A DNA stretch of 64,000 nucleotides, taken from Mustelus asterias (Eukaryota). The position numbers and the translations under genes were made by a program. The DNA lies in assembly GCF_964213995.1 (NCBI RefSeq), contig NC_135824.1, forward strand, positions 52,452,001 through 52,516,000, written 5' to 3'. A model generated the notes under the pieces. The model was not told where the DNA came from, searched no databases, and worked only from the letters and a program-made list of their open reading frames with translations. Below, piece after piece: positions 1-11,094 of this stretch (position 1 is the first letter of the stretch; every line of letters starts with the position of its first letter).

Positions 1-272
1 CCCATTCCTGGACACCCTGTAGCCAAGACACCGTAATGGTTATTAGATTATATTTATTTCAAAATGCACTATTAATTTACTTTGTTCTGAATGCTGCACA
101 CATTCAGATACAGAGTCTATTGTTTTGTCTTGTTAGCATGTTCTCCCCATGTCTGCATGGGTTTCCTCTGGATGCTCCGGTTTCCTCCCACAGTCCAAAG
201 ACATGCTGGTTAGGTGCTTTGGCCATGCTAAATTCTCCCTCAGTGTTCCCGAACAGGCGCCGGAGTGTGGCA

Positions 273-594
273 TCATAGAAACCCTACAGTACAGAAAGAG
301 GCCATTCGGCCCATCGAGTCTGCACCACAATCCCACCCAGACCCTACCCCCACATCCCTACATATTTTACCCGCTAATCCCAGGACACTAAGGGGCAATT
401 TTTTAGCATAGCCAATCAACCTAACCCGCACATCTTTGGACTGTGGGAGGAAACCGGAGCACCCGGAGGAAACCCACGCAGACACAAGGAGAATGTGCAA
501 ACTCCACACAGACAGTGACCCAAGCCGGGAATCGAATCCAGGTCCCTAGAGCTGTGAAGTAGCAGTGCTAACCACTGTGCTACCGTGCCGCCCG
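273..594 (-). mobile_element. HE1-type V-SINE (tRNA head, V-domain, CR1-like tail) nested in a second V-SINE with a different tail (about 133-272 and 595-672, +)
   Basis: A-box TAGCACAGTGG, B-box-like GATTCGATTCC, V-core TGTGGAGTTTGCACATTCTCC...GGGTTTCCTCCGGGTGCTCCGGTTTCCTCCCACAGTCCAAAGA. The host element resumes on the far side. Confidence 0.9.
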
Positions 595-1039
595 TCTAGG
601 GGATTTTCACAGTAACTTCATTGCAGTGTTAATGCAAGCCTACTTGTGACACAAACTAATAAATAAACTTTTAACTTCTAGCCTTGGTTATTGCTGCATT
701 CTTAGGTTTTATTTCTATGTCCTTCATTTCCATATCTTCTGCTGCCACTGAATCTACCCTTGATTCGCTGCAATTACTCAAGTTTGATCCCTCACTCCCT
801 TTAATTAAAACCCTCTCTACTTCCTGAATTTTGCAATTTGTAAGAACACTCACCCCATTACAGTTCAAGCAGGACTGTCCCAATTTCCCCGGGAGAGGTG
901 CCGTCTTGCACACCAGTCTTTCACCCACACGTTAATCTCTATAATCTTACTTGCCCTGTGACTCTGGTAATAATCCAGAAATTATTACTCTCTGCTTAAC
1001 TTGCGACCTAAGCTCTCACATTAACAATGCAGAACCTCT

Positions 1040-1660
1040 TTTAGCATTCATGTCGAGGGGGCTAGAATACAAGAGCAGGGATGTACTCCTGAGGCTGTAT
1101 AAGGCTCTGGTCAGACCCCAATTGGAGTATTGTGAGCAGTTTTGGACCCCATATCTAAGGAAGGATGTGCTGACCTTGGAAAGGATCCACAGGAGGTTCA
1201 CAAGAATGATCCCTGGAATGAAGAGCTTGTTGTATGAGGAACGGTTGAGGACTCTGGGTCTGTACTCGTTGGAGTTTAGAAGGATGGGGATCTCATTGAA
1301 ACTTACAGGATACTGCAAGGCCTGGATAGAGTGGATGTGCAGAGGATGTTTCCACTAGTAGGAAAAACTAGAACTAGAGGGCACAACCCCAGGCTAAAGG
1401 GACGATCCTTTACAACAGAGATGAGGAGGAATTTCTTCAGCCAGAGAGTGGTGAATCCGTGGAACTCTTTGCTGCAGAAGGCTGTGGAAGCCAGATCATT
1501 GAGTGTCTTTAAGACAGATAGATAGGTTCTTGATTAATAAGGGGATCAGGGGTTATGGGGAAAAGACAGGAGAATGGGGATGAGAAACACATCAGCCATG
1601 ATTGAATGGCGGAGCAGACTTGACCCAAGTGGCCTAATTCTGCTCCTATGTCTTATGGAC
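1040..1660 (+). mobile_element. CR1-clade LINE 3' fragment (decayed ORF2 end plus 3' UTR)
   Basis: LYKALVRPQLEYCEQFWTP, TRTRGH and RRNFFSQRVVN.WNSL motifs, with a frameshift. Confidence 0.92.
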
Positions 1661-2009
1661 CATGACAACTGGACCTCCCACCCCTATTAGTTCCCCTCCA
1701 GCCCTGAGCAGATGTCAAGACCCCTGGCACCATATCCCCCTTATTATATTGTCCCCGAAAATCACATTCCTAATTACTCCCCCCACTTGAATGGCTTCAC
1801 GAGGGAGAAAAGAACTGGATATGTTGAGGGGATTAGATGAAGTAAGGTTTATTTGAGGGAGGGCACGAGTGGACATCATGGAAAATAAACGCTGCATGGA
1901 TCTGTTGGACGGAATAGCCCGTTTCTGCACTGTAAATTCAACACTCTGAACAACTGCAGCCTGACCACATCAATGGAACATTGAGATCAACAGAACCCAC
2001 AGTGCTCAC

Positions 2010-2182
2010 CATAGGTTTGTCATAGAAGGGAAAACCCTGCATTGACCGCAGGGCATTCGTGGCACTGCTGACTTCTTTGAAAATCACGAAGGCTTGTCCT
2101 CGCATCTTTAGGTTCCTGGAGACAAGGATGTCGAGAATCTGGCCAAACTGGGAAAAGATGGCGTAGAGCGATTTCTTCAACT
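2010..2182 (-). CDS. SNRPA: SNRPA second coding exon: (E)[57 protein letters not shown]
   Basis: Acceptor ccgtctag|AG and donor ATG|GTGAGC; 173 nt, in phase with the previous exon. It carries RNP1 RGQAFVIF and the U1A-specific DILVSR.LK segment (SNRPB2 has DIVALKTMK). Downstream exons lie outside the window. Confidence 0.97.
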
Positions 2183-2196
2183 CTAGACGGAACACA

Positions 2197-2330
2197 CAAA
2201 GTTAAAGTTTATTTATTAGTCACAAGTAGGCTTACATCAACACTACAATGAAGTTACTGTGAAACTCCCCCAGTCGCCACACTCCAGCACCAGTTTGTGT
2301 ACACCGAGGGAGAATTTAACACGGCAAACA
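2197..2330 (-). mobile_element. 3' tail fragment of the tail-2 V-SINE abutting the SNRPA exon acceptor
   Basis: Reverse complement of ...GGAGTGTGGCGACT...CACAGTAACTTCATTG...GTAAGCCTACTTGTGACTAATAAATAAAACTTTAAC. Confidence 0.85.
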
Positions 2331-3409
2331 CAATCTGTGGGACAGATGCAGAAGCTGTCCACTTCACCCATAATCTGGAGCTCTGATAGGCGTCAAACCA
2401 CACAGTAGACTTTGACAAAACTCAAATGTAAATTCCTGTACAAGAACCATTGTCAAAACCATTAACCTGCCAGCCTATGAGTGCAGCACCATGACAAGCA
2501 CACTTGGCTGTTTTTTTTTTTAACGAAAAGAAATAAAGTGCCACCATCAAAGCTGAAAAAAACCCACAATCAACTTCTAGCCAAAAACTCCAAGTACGAA
2601 GGGTCATCCAGACTCAAAATGTCGGCTCCACACTCTCCCCACAGACGCTGTCAGACCTGCTGAGATTTTCCAGCATGTTTCTGCTTTTGTTTCAGATTCC
2701 AGCATCTGCAGTATTTTGCGTTCAGTTCCAAGTACAGATCAGCCATCGCTCACTGGTGAAAACCCAGTAAATCTGCTTGAGCACAAGTATTTTTGTTCAT
2801 ACATGGTGCTGTACTGTGTATGGGTCCTGGCCTTCCTACGACAGAAACAATACAGGGGCGCGAGAGAAGGTGCAAAGAAGATTTTACAATTATCCTACCA
2901 CTCAGTAGAGATCAGGAAACAAGAACAGGAGCTCTTCCCTAGAAGAGAGATGGTCGAAAGGGTGACCTTTAATATTACGGTCTTTAACATTATAAAAGGA
3001 GTGCAACCATGTTTCCAATTGTTGGGAGACTTCAAATCAAAGGGCTACAAACATTGGATAATCACTAATGAATCCAAAATGGAGAACTGGTTTTGATGGT
3101 GAATGATCAGAATGTGTCACCACAGTGAATAACTGAACAAAATAACCACTAAGGGCCTAGGCAAGTATGAGGGGGAATAAGGAAAAGGCTTTTTAAAAAA
3201 ACCATTCGTTGGATGAGCGTTACTCGCAAAGTCAGCATTTATTGCCCATTTCTAATTGCCCTGGAGAGGATGGTGGTGAACCGCCTTCTTGAACTGCTGC
3301 AGTCCATGTGGTGTAGGTGTTCCCACAGAGTTGCTGGGAGGGTGTTCCAAGCCAGAATGGGATGTGACTGAGAGGGATCACATCTAAGGTGGAATCAGGT
3401 GAAAATCAG

Positions 3410-3710
3410 GGGCAGCACGGTGGCACAGTGGTTAGCACTGCTGCCTCACAGCGCCAGGGACCCGGGTTCAATTCTGGCCTTGGGTGACTGTGCGGAGTCC
3501 GCACGTTCTCCCCGTGTCTACGTGGGTTTCCTCCGGGTGCGCTAGTTTCTTTCCACAGTCCAAAGATGTGTGACTTAGGTTGATTGGCCATGCTAAATTG
3601 CCCCTCAGTGTCAGGGGGATTAGGAGTGTAAAGAGGGCCTGGATGGGATTGTAGTCAGTGCAGGGTTCGATGGGCCGAATGGCCTCCTTCTGTACTGTAG
3701 ATTCTATGGA
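3410..3710 (+). mobile_element. HE1-type V-SINE
   Basis: Full head GGGCAGCACGGTGGCACAGTGGTTAGC, V-core, and tail GATGGGCCGAATGGCCTCCTTCTGTACTGTAG. Confidence 0.92.
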
Positions 3711-3853
3711 AAGATGGAGGAAGTTCATGTGGAGCTTAGACCAGTTGAGTCAAATAGCCTGTTCGAGCTGTTTAAAAACTCTGTAACCCACATTTCCAAA
3801 TGCTCTCCTGACCAACCCATTAGCTTAACACACCCCTGTCCCCAAACACTTAC

Positions 3854-3926
3854 CATCTTTTTTGATCTTCTCATTCAGATTGTTGATGTAGATGGTGTGA
3901 TTCGGACGGGATTCTTGAACAGACAT
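3854..3926 (-). CDS. SNRPA: SNRPA (U1 snRNP protein A) first coding exon: [24 protein letters not shown](E)
   Basis: ATG at 3926 in context GAACCATG; 73-nt coding part ends at donor G|GTAAGT. The peptide matches the U1A RRM1 N-terminus ([18 protein letters not shown]). An acceptor ttttctcccttctcatttttag lies 13 nt upstream of the ATG (exon starts 3939). Confidence 0.96.
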
Positions 3927-4599
3927 GGTTCTTCACTGACTAAAAATGAGAAGGGAGAAAAGTACAAATGAAAGCCAGTCTCAGCAGTCACTCTGCAAAA
4001 TAAAAATGCTCAACTCCACCAGGGCAAACACGCAGCATTTAAACTCAAATAAACCCATGAATTCAAATCCAACTGCGGCAAATCATGAAATTCAAGAAAT
4101 CTGACTTTGTTTTGGTTCAGACCAAGAAGGAAGTGACCTAAAGATAATGAGTAAAACTTAGCCAGTACACTGACGCTCTTCAGAGAAGGAAGCCCCCCCC
4201 CCCCCCCCACACTGGCCACCAGTGCCAACCATGTATCAATACAGACACGTGTGAAACCAGAGTAGACGAGGAGGAGAGCTGCCAGCTGACTAACACTGCT
4301 CCCAAGGTTCAAAGAGTTGCAGCAGACAGTGGATCAGGAAAAATGAATGAGGGCAGTCCCCATCTCTAGAGACAGGGCACAACCCAAACCACGCTCACCA
4401 CCACCATCCTAGCCCTCCCCACAGGGCAGGAACCCTTAACCACTCCACACCCAATCCAGAGACAGGGAAGGACCCCCCCTCCCCAGCCCCCAAACGAGAG
4501 ACAAGACCCATAACCCCATCCGGACCATAGATATGACTTCCTAACCACCCCCACCCCGAGACCTCAAGACCTGCTACCCCACTCTCTTTCCCCCCCATC

Positions 4600-5300
4600 C
4601 AAAGATCAGATCTGTCCCCTCGCCCAAAGATAGGATCTGTTCCCCCCCTCCTCCCAAAGATAGGATCTGTTCCCCGCCCCCCCAAAGATAGGATCTGTTC
4701 CCCCCCCTCCTCCCAAAGATAGGATCTGTTCCCCGCCACCCCCCCAAAGATAGGATCTGTTCCCCGCCCCCCCCCAAAGATAGGATCTGTTCCCCACCCC
4801 CCCCCCAAAGATAGGATCTGTTCCCCACCCCCCCCCAAAGATAGGATCTGTTCCCCACCCCCCCCCCCAAAGATAGGATCTGTTCCCCACCCCACCCCCC
4901 CAAAGATAGGATCTGTTCCCCACCCCCCCCCCAAGATAGGATCTGTTCCCCACCCCCCCCCCCCAAGATAGGATCTGTTCCCCACCCCCCAAGATAGGAT
5001 CTGTTCCCCCCCCCCCCAAGATAGGATCTGTCCCCCCCCCAAGATAGGATCTGTTCCCCACCCCCCCCCAAGATAGGATCTGTTCCCCACCCCCCTCCCC
5101 CCCAAGATAGGATCTGTTCCCCACCCCCCCCCCAAGATAGGATCTGTTCCCCACCCCCCCCCCAAAGATAGGATCTGTTTCCCCGCCCCCAAAGATAGGA
5201 TCTGTTCCCCGCCCCCCCAAAGATAGGATCTGTTCCCCCACCCTACACACCCAGGTAGGATCTCTCTCCACCTCCACCCCCACCCCATAGGATCTCCACC
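4600..5300. repeat. Minisatellite, about 21 copies of a ~30-bp unit CCCCAA(A)GATAGGATCTGTTCCCC(A/G)C(n)
   Basis: Invariant core GATAGGATCTG recurs about every 23-35 bp from 4629 to 5232, separated by variable C-runs. Confidence 0.95.
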
Positions 5301-5399
5301 TCCACCCGATAGGATCTCCACCTCCACCCAGAGACGGGACCCCCTAACGCCATTTACCCCCACCCTCCAAGGAGGGCCCCTTAACCGCCGTGCCCCCCC

Positions 5400-6160
5400 C
5401 CCCCCGTACAGGACCTCCTAACCACATCGCCCTCCTAACCACATCGCCCTCCTAACCACATCGCCCTAGCCCCCCCAGGGCCCCTAGCCCCATGTGCCCC
5501 CCTGCCCCGGACATGAACCGGAAGCTTTAACCTTCTCCCGTCCCGCCGGCCGCTCGACATCCGCTCCGAACAATCCCGGCAGGACGGTAAGATCGCGGCT
5601 CTCCGGGCGGGCAAGGGGTTTGAGCCGCAATATTGGCCTGTACCCACTGCTCAGGCAGCGAGGAGGAGACCCCAGGGGCTGGAACGCGCCGATGGCACCG
5701 GGCACTGACCGATGGAGGCGGATTGTCCCGGATTCCAACCGCCAGAAAACGCCGCTCGCTCTCAAGCCCGGAGCTTGACCGGATATCCCGCCCCCCGTCC
5801 TCCCCCGGATTGGTCAGCTCGGCTGAGGGAGCTACCACCTGATTGGCCCGGGCGACCTGTCAAGCGGCGAAGCGGCATAAAGGGCGGGCTGTCCTGGCCC
5901 CGCCCCCTCCCCGGGACCCGGATTCTGGAGCCGTTTGTCCTGGCGGGAAAACCGCCAGCACTCGCGCGCGGGACCAGCCCCTATTGCCCAAGGTGTCGGC
6001 TGATTGGCTGAGACGAATCCAATGGGATGGGCCGATTGGCGGATCCGGATGTCAATCAAATGGATGACATTCGCCCCTGGCCAATTGAGTCCAGCCTCTG
6101 GCTGGAGGGTGGAGGTGGGGGGAGGGATCAGAGCCAATTACAGGATGGGATCCAATCACC
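5400..6160. promoter_or_regulatory. CpG-island bidirectional promoter region shared by SNRPA (-) and ACTMAP (+)
   Basis: Dense CpG against a CpG-depleted background; about 8 CCAAT/ATTGG boxes between 5808 and 6156; GC box CCCCGCCCC near 5898; ETS-like CCGGAAG near 5518; lies between two divergent genes. Confidence 0.8.
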
Positions 6161-6199
6161 CATCATTCCAGCACAGTGTTCGGAACCAAAACTGCACAT

Positions 6200-9100
6200 T
6201 CCCTACCCCCCCTCCCAACACCACCCCTACCCCACCCAACAGCCCGACTCCCAACACCCCCCCTACCCCACCGCTCCCACACCTCCCCTACCCCACCGCT
6301 CCCAACAACCCCCCTACCCCACCACACCGCTCCCAACACCCCCCCTACCCCACCACACCGCTCCCAACATCCCCCTACCCCACCCTCCCAACATCCCCCT
6401 ACCCCAACATCCCCCTACCCCACCCCTCCCACCCCACCCAACACCACCCCCACCCCTCCCAACACCCCCCCTCCCAACCCCTCCCAACACCCCCCTCACC
6501 CACCCCTCCCAACACCCCCACTCAGCCCCTCCCACCCCCCCCCTACCCCACCGCTCCCAACACCCCCCCTACCCCACCGCACCGCTCCCAACACCCCCCT
6601 ACCCCACCCCTCCAACACCCCCCCTCCCCCACGCTCCAACACCCCCCTACCCCACCGCTCCCAACACCCCCTACCCCACCGCTCCCCCCACCACCCCCAC
6701 CCCACCCCTCCCAACACACCCCCCTCCCCACCGCTCCCAACACCCCCCCTACCTCATCGCTCCCAACACCCCCTACCCCACCCCTCCCAACAATCCCCCT
6801 CCCAACACCCCCCCTCCCAACACCCCCCCCACCCCACCCCTCCCAACACCCCCCCCACCCCACACCCCCCCACCCCACCCCACCCCCAACAACCCCCCCA
6901 CCCCACCCCTCCCAACAACCACCCCACCCCTCCCAACAACCCCCCCACCCCACCCCTCCAACAACCCCCCCACCCCACCCCTCCCAACAACCCCCCCACC
7001 CCACCACTCCCAACAACCCCCCACCCCACCCCTCCCAACAACCCCCCCACCCCACCCCTCCCAACAACCCCCCACCCCACCCCTCCCAACAACCCCCCCC
7101 CACCCCTCCCAACAACCCCCCCACCCCACCCCTCCCAACACCCCCCCACCCACCCCTCCCAACACCCCCCTCACCCCACCCCTCCCAACACCCCCCTCAC
7201 CCAACCCCTCCCCAACACCCACCCTACCCCACCCCTCCCAACACACCCCCCTCCCAACACCCCCCTACCCCACCGCTCCCACACCCCCTACCCCACCGCT
7301 CCCAACACCCCCCCTACCCACCGCTCCCCAACACCCCCCTCCCCCACCCTCCCAACACCCCCCTCCCCCACCCCTCCCAACACCCCCCTCCCAACACCCC
7401 CCTCCCCCACCCCTCCCAACACCCCCCTCCCAACACCCCCCTCCCCCACCCCTCCCAACACCCCCCTCCCCCACCCCTCCCAACACCCCCCTCCCCCCAC
7501 CCCTCCCAACACCCCCCTCCCCCCACCCCTCCCAACACCCCCCTCCCCCCACCCCTCCCAACACCCCCCTCCCCCCACCCCTCCCAACACCCCCCTCCCC
7601 CCACCCCTCCCAACACCCCCTCCCCCCACCCCTCCCAACACCCCCCTCCCCCCACCCCTCCCAACACCCCCCTCCCCCCACCCCTCCCAACACCCCCCTC
7701 CCCCCACCCCTCCCAACACCCCCCCCAACACCCCCTCCCAACACCCCCCTCCCCCCCTCCCCAACACCCCCCTCCCCCCACCCCTCCCAACACCCCCCTC
7801 CCCCCACCCCTCCCAACACCCCCCACACCCCACCCCTCCCAACACCCCCCTCCCCCACCCCTCCCAACACCCCTCCCCTCCCAACACCCCCCCTCCCCCA
7901 CCCCTCCCAACACCCCCCTCCCCCACCCCTCCCAACAACCCCCTCCCCCACCCCTCCCAACACCCCCCTCCCCCACCCCTCCCAACACCCCCCTCCCCCA
8001 CCCCTCCCAACACCCCCCTCCCCCTCCACCCCTCCCCACACCCCCTCCCCTCCCAACACCCCCCTCCCAACACCCCCCTCCCCCCACCCCTCCCACACCC
8101 CCCTCCCCCACCCCTCCAACACCCCCTCCCCCACCCCTCCCAACACCCCTCTCCCCCACCCCTCCCAACACCCCTCTCCCCCACCCCTCCCAACACCCCT
8201 CTCCCCCACCCCTCCCAACACCCCTCTCCCCCACCCCTCCCAACACCCCTCTCCCCCACCCCTCCCAACACCCCTCTCCCCCACCCCTCCCAACACCCCT
8301 CTCCCCACCCCTCCCAACACCCCCCCTACCCCACCCCTCCCAACACTCCCCCCACCCCACCCCTCCCAACACTCCCCCCACCCCACCCCTCCCAACACTC
8401 CCCCCACCCCACCCCTCCCAACACTCCCCCCCACCCCACCCCTCCCAACACTCCCCCCACCCCACCCCTCCCAACACTCCCCCACCCCACCCCTCCCAAC
8501 ACTCCCCCCCACCCCACCCCTCCCAACACCACCCTACCCCACCCCACTCCTCCCAACACCCCCCTACCCCACCCCTCCCAACACCCCCCCACCCCACCCT
8601 TCCCAACACCCACCCCACCCCTCCCAACACCCCCCCCCACCCCTCCCAACCCCTCCCAACACCCCCCCCACCCCTCCCAACACCCCCCCCCACCCCTCCC
8701 AACACCCCCCCCCACCCCTCCCAACACCCCCCCCCACCCCTCCCAACACCCCCCCCCACCCCTCCCAACACCCCACCCCTCCCAACACCCCCCCCACCCC
8801 TCCCAACACCCCCCCCCACACCTCCCAACACCCCCCCCCACCCCTCCCAACACCCCCCCCCACCCCTCCCAACACCCCCCCACCCCACCCCTCCAACCAC
8901 CCCCCCTACCCACCTCTTCCAACACACCACCCCTCCCGACGCCCCCTCCCGATGCCCCCTCCCGACCTCCCCCCCCAACCTCCCCCCCCAACCTCCCCCC
9001 CCACCTCCCCCCCCAACCTCCCCCCCAACCTCCCCCCCCAACCTCCCCCCCCCAACCTCCCCCCCCCCCAACCTCCCCCTCCCCAACCTCCCCTCCCCAA

Positions 9101-11040
9101 CCTCCCCCCCCCAACCTCCCCCCCCCAACCTCCCCCCCCCCAACCTCCCCCCCCAACCTCCCCCCCCAACCTCTCCCCCCAACCTCTCCCCCCAACCTCT
9201 CCCCCCAACCCCAACCTCCACCCCCAACCTCCCCCCACAACACCCCCCTCCCAACCCCCCCTCCAACCCCCCCTCCCAACCCCCCCTCCCAACCCCCCCT
9301 CCCAACCCCCCCTCCCAACCCCCCCTCCCAACCCCCCCTCCCAACCCCCCCTCCCAACACCCCCTCCCAAACACCCCCCCCAAACATCCCCCCAAACATC
9401 CCCCCAAACACCCCCCCCAAACACCCCCCCCAAACACCCCCCCCAAACATCCCCCCAAACACCCCCCCCAAACACCCCCCCCAAACACCCCCCCCAAACA
9501 CCCTCCCCCAACCCCCCCTCCCAATATCCAACTGCACACTCACTCCCAAGCCCCCCCTCCACCCCCAACAACCCCCCTCCACCCCCAACACCCCCCCACC
9601 CAATATCCAACTGCACACTCGCTCCCAATCCCCCTCTCTCCCTCCCCACCCACTCACGTCCCCCCTCCCCACCCACTCACGTCCCCCCTCCCCACCCACT
9701 CACGTCCCCCCTCCCCACCCACTCACGTCCCCCCTCCCCACCCACTCACGTCCCCCCTCCCCACCCACTCACGTCTCCCCCTCCCCCGCCCCTCACATCC
9801 CCCACCCAATATCCAACTGCACACTCACTCCCAACTCCCCTCCCCCCACCCCCTTCCCCCCGGCCCCTGCCACCCCCCCCCCCATTCCCTGCCCCCCCCG
9901 CCCCATCCACCTAAAACCCAACCCACACCTCCCCTCCCCCTAACACCCAATATCCAACTGCACACTCACTCCCAACTCCCCTCCCCACCCCCAACACACC
10001 CCACCCCTCACACCCCACCCCCTCACACACCCCACCCCCTCACACACCCCACCCCCTCACACACCCCACCCCCTCACATCCCCCACCCCCTCACATCCCC
10101 CACCCCCTCACATCCCCCACCCCCTCACATCCCCCACCCCCTCACATCCCCCACCCCCTCACATCCCCCACCCCCTCACATCCCCCACCCCCTCACATCC
10201 CCCATCACATCCCCCACCCCCTCACATCCCCCACCCCCTCACATCCCCCACCCCCTCACATCCCCCACCCCCTCACATCCCCCACCCCCTCACATCCCCC
10301 ACCCACTCATTCCCAACTCACATCCCCCACCCACTCATATCCCCCACCCAATATCCAACTGCACACTCACTCCCAGCTCCCCTCCCCATCCACCCAAAAC
10401 CCAACCCACCTCCTCCCCCTAACACCAACCTACTCCTATCCTCCATCCAATATCCAGCTCCCACCCCCTCCCTATCCACTTAAAACCCACCACACCCTCT
10501 CCCCTCCACCTAAAGCCCACCCCTTCCCACCCAACCCACTCCCCATCCCCACCTAATATCCATCTCCCAACCCCACTCCCCCCCGAACACCCAATCCACT
10601 CCCATCCCCCACCGACTCCTAACCCACCTGATGCCCAATCCCATCCATTCCCCATCCACTCTCCAACAACTCCCACTCGCCAACTCTCCACTCAACTCTT
10701 ACTCTCCAACTCCCCACCCCATCCTCTCCCCACTCACTCCCCATCCCATCCTCTCCCCACTCACTCCCCACCCCATCCTCCCCCCACTCACTCCCCATTC
10801 AACTCGTACCCTCCCACTCCCCATCCCATCCACTCCCCAACTCCTATTCTCCAACTCCCATCTCATCCGCACTCCATTTCCCAACCAATCCCCACCCCAA
10901 CCTTACCCCCTCCACTACTTCTCAACCCACCCCCACCCCACCCATTCCCCCTCCCCAGCGCTCAAACATTGCCTCACCCCCCCCCCCCCCGCAACCCACA
11001 CATCTCTTCCCCCACCCCCTCCTCGCAGTCACCGTTCCCC
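6200..11040. repeat. About 4.8 kb C-rich low-complexity / compound minisatellite tract (CCCCACCCCTCCCAACA-type units and derivatives)
   Basis: Almost G-free plus strand; successive blocks of related units (CCCCACCCCTCCCAACAC, CCCCCAACCT, CCCCAAACA, CCCCACCCACTCACGT, CCCCCTCACAT). The motif CCAATATCCAACTGCACACTC recurs at about 9521, 9600, 9807, 9947 and 10348. Confidence 0.95.
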
Positions 11041-11094
11041 TCCAACCCCATTCACCAACTATCAAATTTGCTGGGGGATTATTTATAGCAAATC

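Noticed and set aside
133-509. Recurrent short ORFs such as MSAWVSSGCSGFLPQSKD and VAQWLALL throughout the window
   Set aside because: Translations of the V-SINE consensus, not genes.
2010-3926. SNRPB2 (U2B'') as alternative identity
   Set aside because: [33 protein letters not shown] is the U1A signature, and the head-to-head link with ACTMAP fits SNRPA.
4395-5363. Gly-rich repeat ORFs (GTDPILGG / NRSYLGG) and CRISPR-like look of the array
   Set aside because: These are translations of a minisatellite; the spacers are only C-runs, there are no cas genes, and the context is a vertebrate intron.
6004-10422. 1472-aa Pro/His/Thr-rich ORF and the overlapping 1295-aa and 1255-aa ORFs (extensin- or formin-like)
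   Set aside because: All three plus frames and several minus frames are open because the C-rich repeat rarely forms stop codons; there is no domain, codon structure or splice support.
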